In this document: piece after piece, positions 21,080 to 30,646 of the stretch
Position numbering within the stretch: the stretch's first letter is position 1
How the letters are laid out: each line of letters starts with the position of its first letter
DNA from: Alphaproteobacteria bacterium
GTDB taxonomy: Bacteria; Pseudomonadota; Alphaproteobacteria; VGEJ01
Assembly: GCA_965248765.1 (NCBI GenBank)
Contig: CBDFKF010000001.1
Location: forward strand, 134,772 to 198,771
Direction of reading: 5' to 3'
DNA length: 64,000 nt
Program-made: the position numbers and the translations under genes
The notes under the pieces: model-generated
The model's database searches: none
Seen by the model: the letters and a program-made list of their open reading frames with translations, nothing else
What the model was told of the DNA's origin: nothing

Positions 21080-22242
21080 TGAGCCGCACCGCTGCCACCA
21101 CCACCGCAGCGCTGGATGCACCGCTGCCGTTCGTCGATCTTGCGGCCCAGCAGCGCCGGCTCGGCCCCCGGCTCGACGCCGCGATCGCGGCGGTCCTCGA
21201 CCACGGCCAGTTCATCATGGGGCCTGAGGTCGCAGCCCTCGAGGAGGCCCTCGTCGCCTTCTGCGGCGCCCGTTTCGCCGTGAGTTGCGCGAACGGCACC
21301 GATGCCCTGTGTCTTGCGCTGATGGCCAAGGGGATCGGCCCGGGCGATGCGGTGTTCGTGCCGGCTTTCACGTTTGCGGCGACCGCCGGGGCGGTGGCGC
21401 TTGGCGGTGCGGTGCCGGTGTTCGTGGACGTCGATGCGACGAGCTTCAACATGGATCCGGAGAGCCTCGCGCCGGCGGTCGAGTCCATTCGCCGGGGCGG
21501 CACACTGCGCCCGGCGGCCGTCATCCCCGTCGATCTGTTCGGCCAGCCGGCCGATTATGCCGAGGTCGGGGCGATCGCCGATGAGTACGGCCTGGTGGTC
21601 ATCGCCGATGCCGCGCAGAGCTTCGGTGCCACCTATCGCGCCAGGCCGGTCGGCACCTTGGCGGCGCTGACGACGACGAGCTTCTTCCCGGCCAAGCCAT
21701 TGGGCTGCTACGGCGATGGCGGGGCGATCTTCACGGGCGATGCGGCGGCGGCCGAGACGCTGCGCTCATTGCGCCAGCATGGCCGGGGGCGCGACAAGCA
21801 CGACATCGAGCGCGTTGGCACCAACAGCCGGCTCGATACCCTGCAGGCGGCGATCCTGCTGGCCAAGCTCGAGGTGTTCGCCGACGAGCTCGTGGCGCGG
21901 GGGGACGCGGCGCGGCGTTACGGCGAGGGCTTGGCCGATGTGGTCGAGGCGCCGAGGCTGCCGAGCGAGGCGACATCGAGCTGGGCGCAGTACACGATCA
22001 AACTTGACAATGGTGACACGGTGGCCGCCCGAATGAAGGCGGAAGGCATACCCGCGGCTGTGTATTATCCTAAGCCAATCAACCATTGCGCGGCCTACGC
22101 ACACTGTCCCACCGCGCCCGGCGGCACCCCGGTGGCGGAGGCATTGACGGGGCGGGTCCTCAGCCTGCCGATGCACGCCGACCTCGATCCCGCCACCCAG
22201 GACCGCATCATCGCGGCGGTGCACCGGGCCGTCCGAGCCTGA
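21079..22242 (+). CDS. DegT/DnrJ/EryC1 aminotransferase, WbpE-like
   Basis: ANGTDAL, DAAQSFG, SFFPAKPLGCYGDGG, NSRLDTLQAA. Confidence 0.93.
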   Translation: MSRTAATTTAALDAPLPFVDLAAQQRRLGPRLDAAIAAVLDHGQFIMGPEVAALEEALVAFCGARFAVSCANGTDALCLALMAKGIGPGDAVFVPAFTFAATAGAVALGGAVPVFVDVDATSFNMDPESLAPAVESIRRGGTLRPAAVIPVDLFGQPADYAEVGAIADEYGLVVIADAAQSFGATYRARPVGTLAALTTTSFFPAKPLGCYGDGGAIFTGDAAAAETLRSLRQHGRGRDKHDIERVGTNSRLDTLQAAILLAKLEVFADELVARGDAARRYGEGLADVVEAPRLPSEATSSWAQYTIKLDNGDTVAARMKAEGIPAAVYYPKPINHCAAYAHCPTAPGGTPVAEALTGRVLSLPMHADLDPATQDRIIAAVHRAVRA

Positions 22243-22247
22243 GCCCG

Positions 22248-23093
22248 ATGGCTGCGCGCACCGCCGAGCCCGCGGCGCGCCAGCGCGCGATCGATCGCGA
22301 CAACCGGGCGTTCTGGGACGAGGCCTGCGGGACGGTGCTGGCCCGTGAGCTGGGCCTGAGGGATAACGACCCGGAATCGCTTCGCCGCTACGATGCCGCC
22401 TACTTCGCGATCTACCCCTACCTTGCCCGGCATATCCCGTTCGCGGACCTGAACGGCCAGCGGGTTCTGGAAGTGGGCCTCGGCCACGGCAACGTCGCCC
22501 AACGGCTCGCCGAGGCCGGCGCGGTGTACACCGGCATTGACATCGCGGCCGGGCCGGTCGCCATGGTCCGCCATCGGTTTGGCCAAGCCGCCCTCCCCGG
22601 CCGCGCGCTGCAGGCGAGCATCCTCGCCGCCCCGTTCGCCGAGGGCAGCTTCGATGCGGTGATCTCGATCGGCGTCCTCCACCACACCGGCGATGCCGCC
22701 GCCGCGCTCGCCGAGGTGCACCGGCTGTTGAAGCCGGGCGGCCGGGCGGTCGTGATGGTCTACAACGCCTATTCGTACCGACGCTGGCTGCGTTTCCCCG
22801 GGCCGACGGTGCGCTACTGGCTGTGGGATTTTCTCGGGATGGGCGCCCGGCCCGAGGCGGGTGCGGCCGAGCGGCTGGCCTACGATCACGATTCGCAAGG
22901 GGACGACGCACCCGCCACCGCTTTTCTGTCGCGCCGCGAGCTGCGCCGGATCGGCGCACGGTTTCGCACGGTGCGTGCCTCGCTCGAGCAGAGCGGCGGC
23001 TTGCGCACGTTGGGCTTGCGGGGCCGGCTGATCCTGTGTGCGACCCTGGGCCGGGCCTGGGGCCTCGACATCTACGTCACGCTCATCAAGTGA
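22248..23093 (+). CDS. Class I SAM-dependent methyltransferase
   Basis: VLEVGLGHG, FDAVISIGVLHH, LLKPGG. Confidence 0.9.
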   Translation: MAARTAEPAARQRAIDRDNRAFWDEACGTVLARELGLRDNDPESLRRYDAAYFAIYPYLARHIPFADLNGQRVLEVGLGHGNVAQRLAEAGAVYTGIDIAAGPVAMVRHRFGQAALPGRALQASILAAPFAEGSFDAVISIGVLHHTGDAAAALAEVHRLLKPGGRAVVMVYNAYSYRRWLRFPGPTVRYWLWDFLGMGARPEAGAAERLAYDHDSQGDDAPATAFLSRRELRRIGARFRTVRASLEQSGGLRTLGLRGRLILCATLGRAWGLDIYVTLIK

Positions 23094-23128
23094 GGCGGGC
23101 GGAGGGGCGCGCCACGGGACAGCGGAGT

Positions 23129-24043
23129 TCAGTCCCCCTCGTAGCGGCTGACGCCGAAGATGACATAGTTGTAGGGGATGAGGGCATTGGGCTCGATGCG
23201 GGAGACGATAAGGCCGCTCTTGGGTTCATAGAGCCAATCGTCCCAGGTCCAAACGCGCTGCAGGCTCTCAGGGATCTGGACCGCGATGTAATCGCCCTCA
23301 GCGAGCCGCGCGCCCATGGCCGTGCCGGCGAAGTCGAGACCCAGGTAGCAATCCTGGACCGAGACGTTGCGGTTCCGCTTCGCGACGCTCTTGGTGAGCG
23401 CCAGCGCCATGCCGGCCAGCGGCGCGATTGCCGGCTGCACCGTCGTCGCCAGCTTCAAACCTTTCTTGAAGGCATCACCCTCGAGAACATCGAGGAAGGC
23501 TTCGTCGGCGTCGTTCTTCACGTTGACCGTGTGGAAATGAAAGGCGACGCCCTCCGCGCTGAGGCCGAGGCCAACGAAGATGGGATAGCCGCGGACCGCC
23601 GCGCGCTTGCCCTCTCGCACCCGGTAGGTGGCGTTGAAGTGCAGGTCCTCGGAGGCACCGGGCACTTGGTTGCGGGCGTAGAAGTCTAACAGCACGCGGT
23701 GCGTGCCGCCGCCGGGATAGTCCGCGACCCGGAGCCCGTTGAGCGCGATCTTGATGCGCTGGTCCTTGAGCGATGTGTCCGCCGCCACCTCGCCGACGCC
23801 GAGGATGGCGCGCGGCTCCGCGCCGCCGTCGGTCGGCAGGAACCCGATGCTGTGCGCCGTGTGCTGAAAATGGCGCTCGCGAAACGGCCACAAATCGGAC
23901 AGGCCGAACCGCGCCGTACCCGCCGCCGCCTCCCCGACCGCATCCGCCGCTGCGTCCTCTTCCACCTCGCGCAACTTGGCCGCCGCGTCCGAGCGCGACA
24001 GCGCCCCGATCACCGGCAGATCATCGAACGGAGCGCCGCTCAT
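23129..24043 (-). CDS. Uncharacterised 304-aa protein coupled to the CHAT-NTPase-TPR gene
   Basis: Intact ORF, ATG overlaps upstream TGA (ATGA 24043-24040); beta-rich with central amphipathic/hydrophobic helical segment. Confidence 0.85.
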   Translation of the reverse strand: MSGAPFDDLPVIGALSRSDAAAKLREVEEDAAADAVGEAAAGTARFGLSDLWPFRERHFQHTAHSIGFLPTDGGAEPRAILGVGEVAADTSLKDQRIKIALNGLRVADYPGGGTHRVLLDFYARNQVPGASEDLHFNATYRVREGKRAAVRGYPIFVGLGLSAEGVAFHFHTVNVKNDADEAFLDVLEGDAFKKGLKLATTVQPAIAPLAGMALALTKSVAKRNRNVSVQDCYLGLDFAGTAMGARLAEGDYIAVQIPESLQRVWTWDDWLYEPKSGLIVSRIEPNALIPYNYVIFGVSRYEGD

Positions 24044-27000
24044 CCGCTTCCCGCCTGCGCTTCGGCCTGGTCGATCGCGGCGATCAAGTCCTCGGTGTGT
24101 TGGATGTCGTCCGCCGCACGATCGCCGAATTCGCGGAAGTTGGCGAGCGCCGCGTCGGCGTAGACGCGGGCGTCGTCCAGCCGGCCCGCTGCAGCCAGCA
24201 CACGGGCGGAGTTGCGACGTGTCACGCCGGCTCCGTGGAGATCACCAGCTTGCTCACAGTAGCGAATGTCCTGCTGGAAGTGATGCAGCGCGCGGTCGAT
24301 GTCGCCAGCATTGGCCCAAATGGTGCCGAGCTGGTTGTGAATAACACCGCGATCGTGGACGGCAGTGTCGGGCAGCAGGTCGAGCGCGTCCGTGTAAGAT
24401 CGCATCGCGTCGGTGGGGTGGCGGGCGAGCTCGTCGGCGGGCCGTTCGGCATCGCGCGCTTCCTCAAAGCGTTCGCACGCGACGCCGCCGAGTTGGGCGA
24501 GAGACCTGCCGCGGCCGAGGTCGTCGCCCGGCGCCCGCAGGTCCAGGCGCTGTCGGTACCAGCGCTCGGCCTCATCGAGATCGCGCAGCTCGACGATGTC
24601 CTTGTAGGCATGGCCCAAGTTGAAGGCGCACACGCCCTCCGCGACGGTGTCGCCGATGGCCTTATCAAGGCCGAGGGATTCGCGGTAGGTGTCGGCGCAG
24701 GCCGGGTCCTCCTGTTCCCGTTGGATGTCCGCGAGTTCGTGCAAGGCTACAGACAAACGGCGGATGACGTGGCGCTGCTGAGCGTCTCGGTTCTCGGGCG
24801 CGGCATCCAGCGCCGGTCCGACGTGTTGCCGGTTGTGTCCTACGTCCGCGTGCTGTAGACGCTCGGCCGCTGCCCAGTCGGCTCCTCCCGGGCCAGACGC
24901 ACGCGGTACTCCACTGCTCCTCGAGGCCGGGCAGCGGGCCAGTGCTCACGGGGTCGACGAACTCCGGGATTATGGCCTCCACCAGCCGCCGCCAGGCGGC
25001 GGCGCGGCCGGTGTCCATATACAGCGTCCGCAGGCCCTGCATCACGTTGATTGTGCAATCTCTCCAGCCGCGGTCACGGGCGAGGTACCAGGCGGCGAGC
25101 AGGTTGTCCTCCTCAACAGCGACGACCGATAGGAGGTCGCGATTACCTTTCTGGTACTGCTCGCTGTAGTAGTTGCCGAGTGCTCCCATCGCTACTACGA
25201 AGGCGCGGCGGGCGCGGTCGGCGTCGCCGGTCCCAGGCGGGTAATGCCGCTCAAACAGGTTGCGGAAGTACCAGGGCAAAGCCGGGTGGATGGCGTAGTA
25301 GCCGCCGCTGCGAGCATTCAAAAGGCCGATTTCGGCGGCACGGTCGAGCAGGGCGATGCCCTGCTCCCTCGTCAGCCCGCGCACCGCCTTAAGGCACCAG
25401 TCCTTGTCCGGATCACCCATCATGCGCAGCGCGTCGACGTCGACGAAGCCCTGGAACAGGTGTAGGAGCGCCAGCACCTTACGCTCGTCCTCGTCGAACG
25501 CGCGGCCGAAGCCGTAGGACAGGGAGGCGCCGAGAGATCGAGAGCGACCCTCAGTCCCCTCGTCCTCGAACGCCGCCTCGCCGGTACGGAGGCTTTCAAC
25601 GAAGGCGTCGAGCCGCTCCTTCGTGTCGACGCCGGTACGGAGCGCTTCACCGACGGCGATCAGGATGGTCAGCGGGTTGCCTTGCGTGAAGTCGAGCAAC
25701 GGCGTCAGATCCGGCATGTCGGCCAAGCGCGCGCCGCGATTCTTGGCTATAGCGCTGGCGAGCTGCAGGCGCTCCTGCATCGGCATGGGTGGCACGCGCA
25801 CGCGACGCGGCAGCTCCCCGAGCCACGTTTGCTCGTCGCGGCGCGAGGTGAGAAGGAACTTGGCCTTCGTCTCGCGCCCAGCATCGAGGAAGGCGCGCAG
25901 CCCCTCCTGTTCCTCGGCGCTCCATTCGGACTCGGTGCCCGCGGGGAATCCCGTGATCGGCTCGACGTTGTCCCAGATCCACGGCACCGGCACCTGTTTC
26001 AGGACCTGCAAGGCAATATCCCGACGCTTGGTCGTATCGGTTTCGGCGTCCCACTGGATGCCGGCACCCTCTAGCGCCTGGCTGAAGACCTCTCCGATCT
26101 TGTCAAGGACGCGCGCGAGCGGCAGATGGCGCTCAAAGCTAGTGAACAGCACCGGCCCCTCGACGCCGCCAGTCAGCGCGTACCAGCGCGCGAACTCCAC
26201 CGCGGTCGCCGTCTTGCCGCTGCCGGCGTAAGCATGCAGCAGCACGAAAGAATGGGTGTCGAAGGCGCGATCGAGGGCGTAGAGCGTCTCGTCGCGGCCG
26301 AAGAAGCCGACCTCCGGCGGCGCCGGCAGCGCCGCATCGAGCGCGCCGGGCCGCGCCGCCGCTCCTTCGTCCAACGTGATTCTGATCGGCGCGGCGTCCG
26401 CCTCGGGCCACAGGCGCAGCGGCGACGGCTCCCACACCACCGGCACCGACCAATCCTGCAACGCCCGCGCCTCGTAGGCGATCCGTCGTTCCGGCTGGTC
26501 GGCCAAGTTCTTGCGCGCCCACGCCACCGCCTCTCCCAGCGTCCGCCCGCGCGCCAGCGCCCCGTACAGCTCGGCCACGAACTGCGCCGCCGTCACCACA
26601 TAGACCGAGTAGCGCATAGCGACCACGCCCGCGGCGCCGGCGTCCATAACCGCCTGCGCCAGGGAGCCGTAGGCCGCGATCTCCTCGCGCGTATCCTGCG
26701 CCGTCGCAGTCTCCGGCTCTGCTGGCGCTTCGGCGAACGCCGATTGGCAGGCGTTCAGGACGAGAAGCGGAACACCCGACTCGCGCAAAAGCGCGCCAAG
26801 CTGCAAGCCATCGACGAACTCGCTCCGCGTTTCGCTGCCGGGATCCTCGAACATCAGGAAACCGTGGGCGCCAGCCGTGCCTCCGGCGTCCAGTCTGAGG
26901 TTGCTCAACACCTTGCCAACGTTCGCGAGATCGGCCGGATCGGCGTACGCACCATGCCCGTCGAAATGAACGACGTGGTACGGCCGTTCCTGCTCCTTCG

Positions 27001-27658
27001 CGAGGCGCTGCGCTGCGGCCGGCTGCTCGTATGTGGGCGGACGCAGGACATCGAGGTCGAACGCACCGCGCGCCTCGTCGCTGAGGCGCGTCACCAGCCG
27101 CCCGGCGACCGAGCGGAATGGCACATCATCACCGCCTTTCGGCCGGCAGATGACTAGCAAGATTCGGACCTTCTCCGCCTCCTGCTTGTGCGGCAGCAAA
27201 GCGGCCATCGTGCCACGCTGGCCCCTTACGAAGGCTTGCGCTGACAGCGCGAGCGGGACTTCAAGGCGCGGATCGCGGATCAGCTCCCACGGGATCGCCG
27301 TGGCCTCGGCGATCTCCGTCGTGACCTCAATGCGCGTATCCGCGAGCCGCGGCCCGATCGCCCCCCACAGTTCACGCAGGTCGTCGGAGCCATGGAAGAT
27401 GTCGCGGAACAGCTCTTCGTCGCGCTCCGCCAAAAGCACTTCGACCTGCTTTGCGATCAGCGGTGCAGGGTCGTGGTCAAACTGGAGGAAGTCCTCGAGA
27501 TACCAGCGGATGCGTTCTTGATCGTGCGGCGACAGCTGAAACGCGATCTCGGTACTCCGGCTCTGTGGCTGAAGGCCGGGAATATCCTCGGCGCTGACCT
27601 CGATGCGGTAGCGGTTCTCGGCGGCGCCGGGATGCTGATTGATGCGCAGTATCGGCAT
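24040..27658 (-). pseudogene. CHAT (caspase-like) protease + STAND/NB-ARC-like NTPase + TPR protein, two frameshifts at about 24880-24912
   Basis: HFDGHG and LNACQS catalytic His/Cys motifs, FFGR, Walker A AYAGSGKT, Walker B WIWDNVE, TSRR, GNPL; TPR repeats continue across three frames (EEQWS / EYRVRLAREE / DWAAAERLQ). Confidence 0.88.
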
Positions 27659-28005
27659 ACGACCACCCTCCCCGCCGCGAACGGCTGATTTCTCGTCAAC
27701 CTCGTGGCCCAATAATAGTGAGAAAATGGTGCGACCACGAGCATAGGTTGCGACTACTAGCTAGGCGCCATCTCCAGCTGCGTATTCTCGCACCGCTCGA
27801 TCTCCGCTCGCCAATCCACAACGGCGGCCTCAAACGCGGCTTGCGGCTACTCCGACTGTCGTATCTACCGTTGAGCCGTGGCCGCTCTAACCTTCAGACC
27901 TGTCGTCAGGGCTCTTGGTCGGCAATTGTTGCGCGTCCCGGGCCATCAATGAACGTCCGCGCGCGCGAGTGACGCCGAGCCGGCATCAATCTGTCGCGAC
28001 GCTCG

Positions 28006-28121
28006 CCCTCAGGATGAGGTGGGCCAGGCATTCAAAAACCCGACCTCATGCGACGCGCCGTCTCGAACCATGAGCGCTCGTGTCATCCTTCGAGACGCAC
28101 GCGATGCGTGCTCCTCAGGAT
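28006..28121. repeat. Cluster of palindromic intergenic repeats (alphaproteobacterial REP-like)
   Basis: TCATCCTTCGAGACGCACGCGATGCGTGCTCCTCAGGAT hairpin plus CTCAGGATGAG and GTCTCGAACCATGAG remnants. Confidence 0.6.
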
Positions 28122-28140
28122 TAGGAGAGAGGCGTGGCCA

Positions 28141-28292
28141 GGGGAGCGCGGTGGTGCTGCCGTCGCCGGTGACGTAGCTGGCCTTGTCGGAGCGCAGGAA
28201 TAGGCAGGCGTTGGCCTTGTCCTCGGGCGTGCCAATGCGGCCCAGGGGCACCGCGCTGGCGATCGCCGCCTGGATTGTCCGCCTTGCCTCCC
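28141..28292 (-). pseudogene. Degenerate copy of the 3' end of the SDR gene at 35985-36734
   Basis: [28 protein letters not shown]; 15-bp deletion and lost stop relative to intact gene. Confidence 0.85.
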
Positions 28293-28377
28293 GCCCGCTG
28301 CCCGGCGCGGATTCCGGAGGCTGCCGCCACTACCGCCGGGCCGGCGATCGTTACGCCTTCCGCCGGCTATCCACCGA

Positions 28378-28658
28378 TCAGGGCAGCGCGCCGACGATCT
28401 GGCGGAACTCGGCATCGCCGAACGCCCTCAGCGTCGTCGTGCGGACATTGCCGCGCGAGCCCATCATGAGCGCAAAGCGCGCCGCCACTTCATTGCTTGG
28501 CACCTCGACGATGGCGACGGCATCGTAGCCGCCCATCGTCAGATAGAAGTCCTTCATCTCGCCGCCGAGCTCCTTGAGCGCCTGCCGCGCGGCGTCGAGC
28601 CGGCTCGGCGAGTCCTTGATGGTTGCAACGCCCTGCTCGGGGTGACGAATGTGGCCAT
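28378..28658 (-). pseudogene. GYD domain protein with 5' frameshift deletion (absent from ORF track)
   Basis: EQGVATIKDSPSRLDAARQALKELGGEMKDFYLTMGGYDAVAIVEVP...GNVRTTTLRAF; RBS plus ATG 28658 out of frame. Confidence 0.82.
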
Positions 28659-28820
28659 TGCTCCCTCCCTTTCGCTATCCGGCGGATTCACCATCGCCGG
28701 GTGGTCCAGATTAGCAGCGTTGCGCACCCGCCGTGCACGGTGACGTCGCCACCATCCGCCGCCCGATCAAAGGGGGGACGGGTGTGGGTCGACGGTGAAA
28801 CGCGCCTCGTGGCGAGGAGG

Positions 28821-28883
28821 CCCTCACCTCCCGCTCGGCTTTCGCTCGCGGGTCCCTTCCTCTCCCGCCGGGCCGGAGAGGGT
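28821..28883. repeat. Palindromic REP-like element
   Basis: CCCTCACC...CCTCTCCCGCCGGGCCGGAGAGGG nested hairpins. Confidence 0.65.
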
Positions 28884-28900
28884 CAAGTTGCGGATTGGAG

Positions 28901-29044
28901 TTAGGGGAGCGCGGTGATGCCGCCGTCGACGATCAGCTCGGTGCCGGTGATGTAGCTGGCCTTGTCGGAGAGCAGGAACAGGCAGGCATTGGCCATGTCC
29001 CCGGGCGTGCCGATGCGGCCCAGGGGCACCGCGCCCGCGATCGC
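28901..29044 (-). repeat. Near-identical copy of the last 144 bp of the SDR gene (35985-36128)
   Basis: Manual alignment gives 4 mismatches in 144 bp; includes the stop codon. Confidence 0.92.
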
Positions 29045-29169
29045 CGCGGGACATAGCGGGAGGACGGCGGCAGCAGGCCGGCAGAGTCCGCAAGAAGTGA
29101 TATAGTCGATGTTGGCATTGTCGGGGCAAGTTGCTTGCCCCGCGCGCAGCCATCGCCCGGGAGGGAATC

Positions 29170-30297
29170 ATGAGACTCGGAATGTTCATGCAACCGGTGC
29201 ACGACCCGAAGCGCGACGTCCACAGGCTGTTCATGGAGGACCTGGAGGTCGCGACCTATCTGGACGAGCTCGGCTTCGATGAGTTCTGGTGTGGCGAGCA
29301 CTACGTGGTCCGCGCCGAGCCGATCCCATCACCAATGATTTTTCTCGCTCAAGTAGCGCAGCGCACGAAGAAGATGAAGCTCGGTACCGGGGTGATCTGC
29401 CTGCCGCAGGCGCATCCGGCCCGCATCGCGTCGCACATCGCCTTCCTCGATCACCTGTTGGAGGGCCGGTTCATGTTCGGCGTCGGGCCCGGCGGCATCC
29501 TCGCCGACCTCGAGATGTTCGGCGCGCCCGATCCATCTCAGCACGCGAAGATGATGCAGGAATCGCTCGACATCATCCTCGATCTTTGGTCGCAGGACGA
29601 GCCGTTCCGTCCAGTCGAGGGCGAATACTGGAACTTCAAGGTGAGCGAGAAGTTGCACTTCGATCGCCACGGCATCGGCCTGACCTTGAAGCCGTATCAA
29701 AAGCCGCACCCACCGATCATGATGCCGGCGATGAGCCCGTCGTCGGGAACCATGAGGTTGGCCGGCGAGCGCGGCTACATCCCGGTCTCCTCGCAGCTCA
29801 TCCCGACCTACAGCGTCGCCAGTCATCTGCCTACGCTACAGGAGGGGTGTGAGGCGGCGGGACGCGTGTTCGATCCTGCGAACTGGCGAGTGGGCCGCAG
29901 CGTGTTCGTCGCCGAAACCGACGCCGAGGCGGAGAAAGAGGTGCGATCGGGCGAGCGGCTCGATGCCGACTATTACTACCGGTACTGCTACGACATCATC
30001 GATTACAGCGGCATGAAGAAGATGATCATGCCCGATCCGGCGATGATCGGGACCGCCGCCGCCGACGAATACAAACGTCAGGATTACATGCGCGACAACC
30101 TCATCTACGGCAGTCCCGACACCGTCGCCGAGAAGTTGCTCGCGTTCCGCGAGGAGGTCGGCCCGTTCGGAACCCTGATCTTAGGCGCACTCGACTTCCC
30201 CGATGTCGAGCTGCACAAGAACTCGGTCAGGCTGGTGGCCGAGGAGGTCATGCCGCGCATTCGCGCCGCGATCGGCGAGCAGGCGGCGGCGCAATAG
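29170..30297 (+). CDS. LLM-class flavin-dependent oxidoreductase (paralog of 10298-11404)
   Basis: MRLGMFMQP, GFDEFWCGEHY, KPYQKPHPPI shared with the earlier LLM gene. Confidence 0.92.
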   Translation: MRLGMFMQPVHDPKRDVHRLFMEDLEVATYLDELGFDEFWCGEHYVVRAEPIPSPMIFLAQVAQRTKKMKLGTGVICLPQAHPARIASHIAFLDHLLEGRFMFGVGPGGILADLEMFGAPDPSQHAKMMQESLDIILDLWSQDEPFRPVEGEYWNFKVSEKLHFDRHGIGLTLKPYQKPHPPIMMPAMSPSSGTMRLAGERGYIPVSSQLIPTYSVASHLPTLQEGCEAAGRVFDPANWRVGRSVFVAETDAEAEKEVRSGERLDADYYYRYCYDIIDYSGMKKMIMPDPAMIGTAAADEYKRQDYMRDNLIYGSPDTVAEKLLAFREEVGPFGTLILGALDFPDVELHKNSVRLVAEEVMPRIRAAIGEQAAAQ

Positions 30298-30646
30298 CGA
30301 AGAGACCTCGGTCCGGGGGAATGGACGCGGCCGAGACTGTTGTGGCACGGAGACGGCTGTGTCTGATCGCGAGCCTGGTCGCGCTCGTGATGTGTTCGGG
30401 AGGCGCGCTGGCTGGTAGTGAGCCGGTGCCACCCGCAGCGACCGAGGTGGCAGCGCCGGTCGGTCACGGTAACTTCCTGAATCTGGAGGCCAGAGCCGCC
30501 TACAACCGGACGGTCGTGCTGCAGGAGCTGGCGCTGACGGATCTGGTGGCGGAGCTTGGGGCCGATCACCCCAACGTGGCTGTTCGGCTCAATGATCTGG
30601 CCGGCATCCACCACGGCTGGGGCGAGCGCGGTAGGGCCGATCTCAT

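Noticed and set aside
23129-24043. Bacterial gasdermin
   Set aside because: No recognisable gasdermin features such as the N-terminal palmitoylated Cys; kept as an unknown partner pending structure search.
28006-29044. CRISPR array or integron attC cassettes
   Set aside because: Hairpins are dissimilar and irregularly spaced; no cas or intI gene and no attC core sites recognised.
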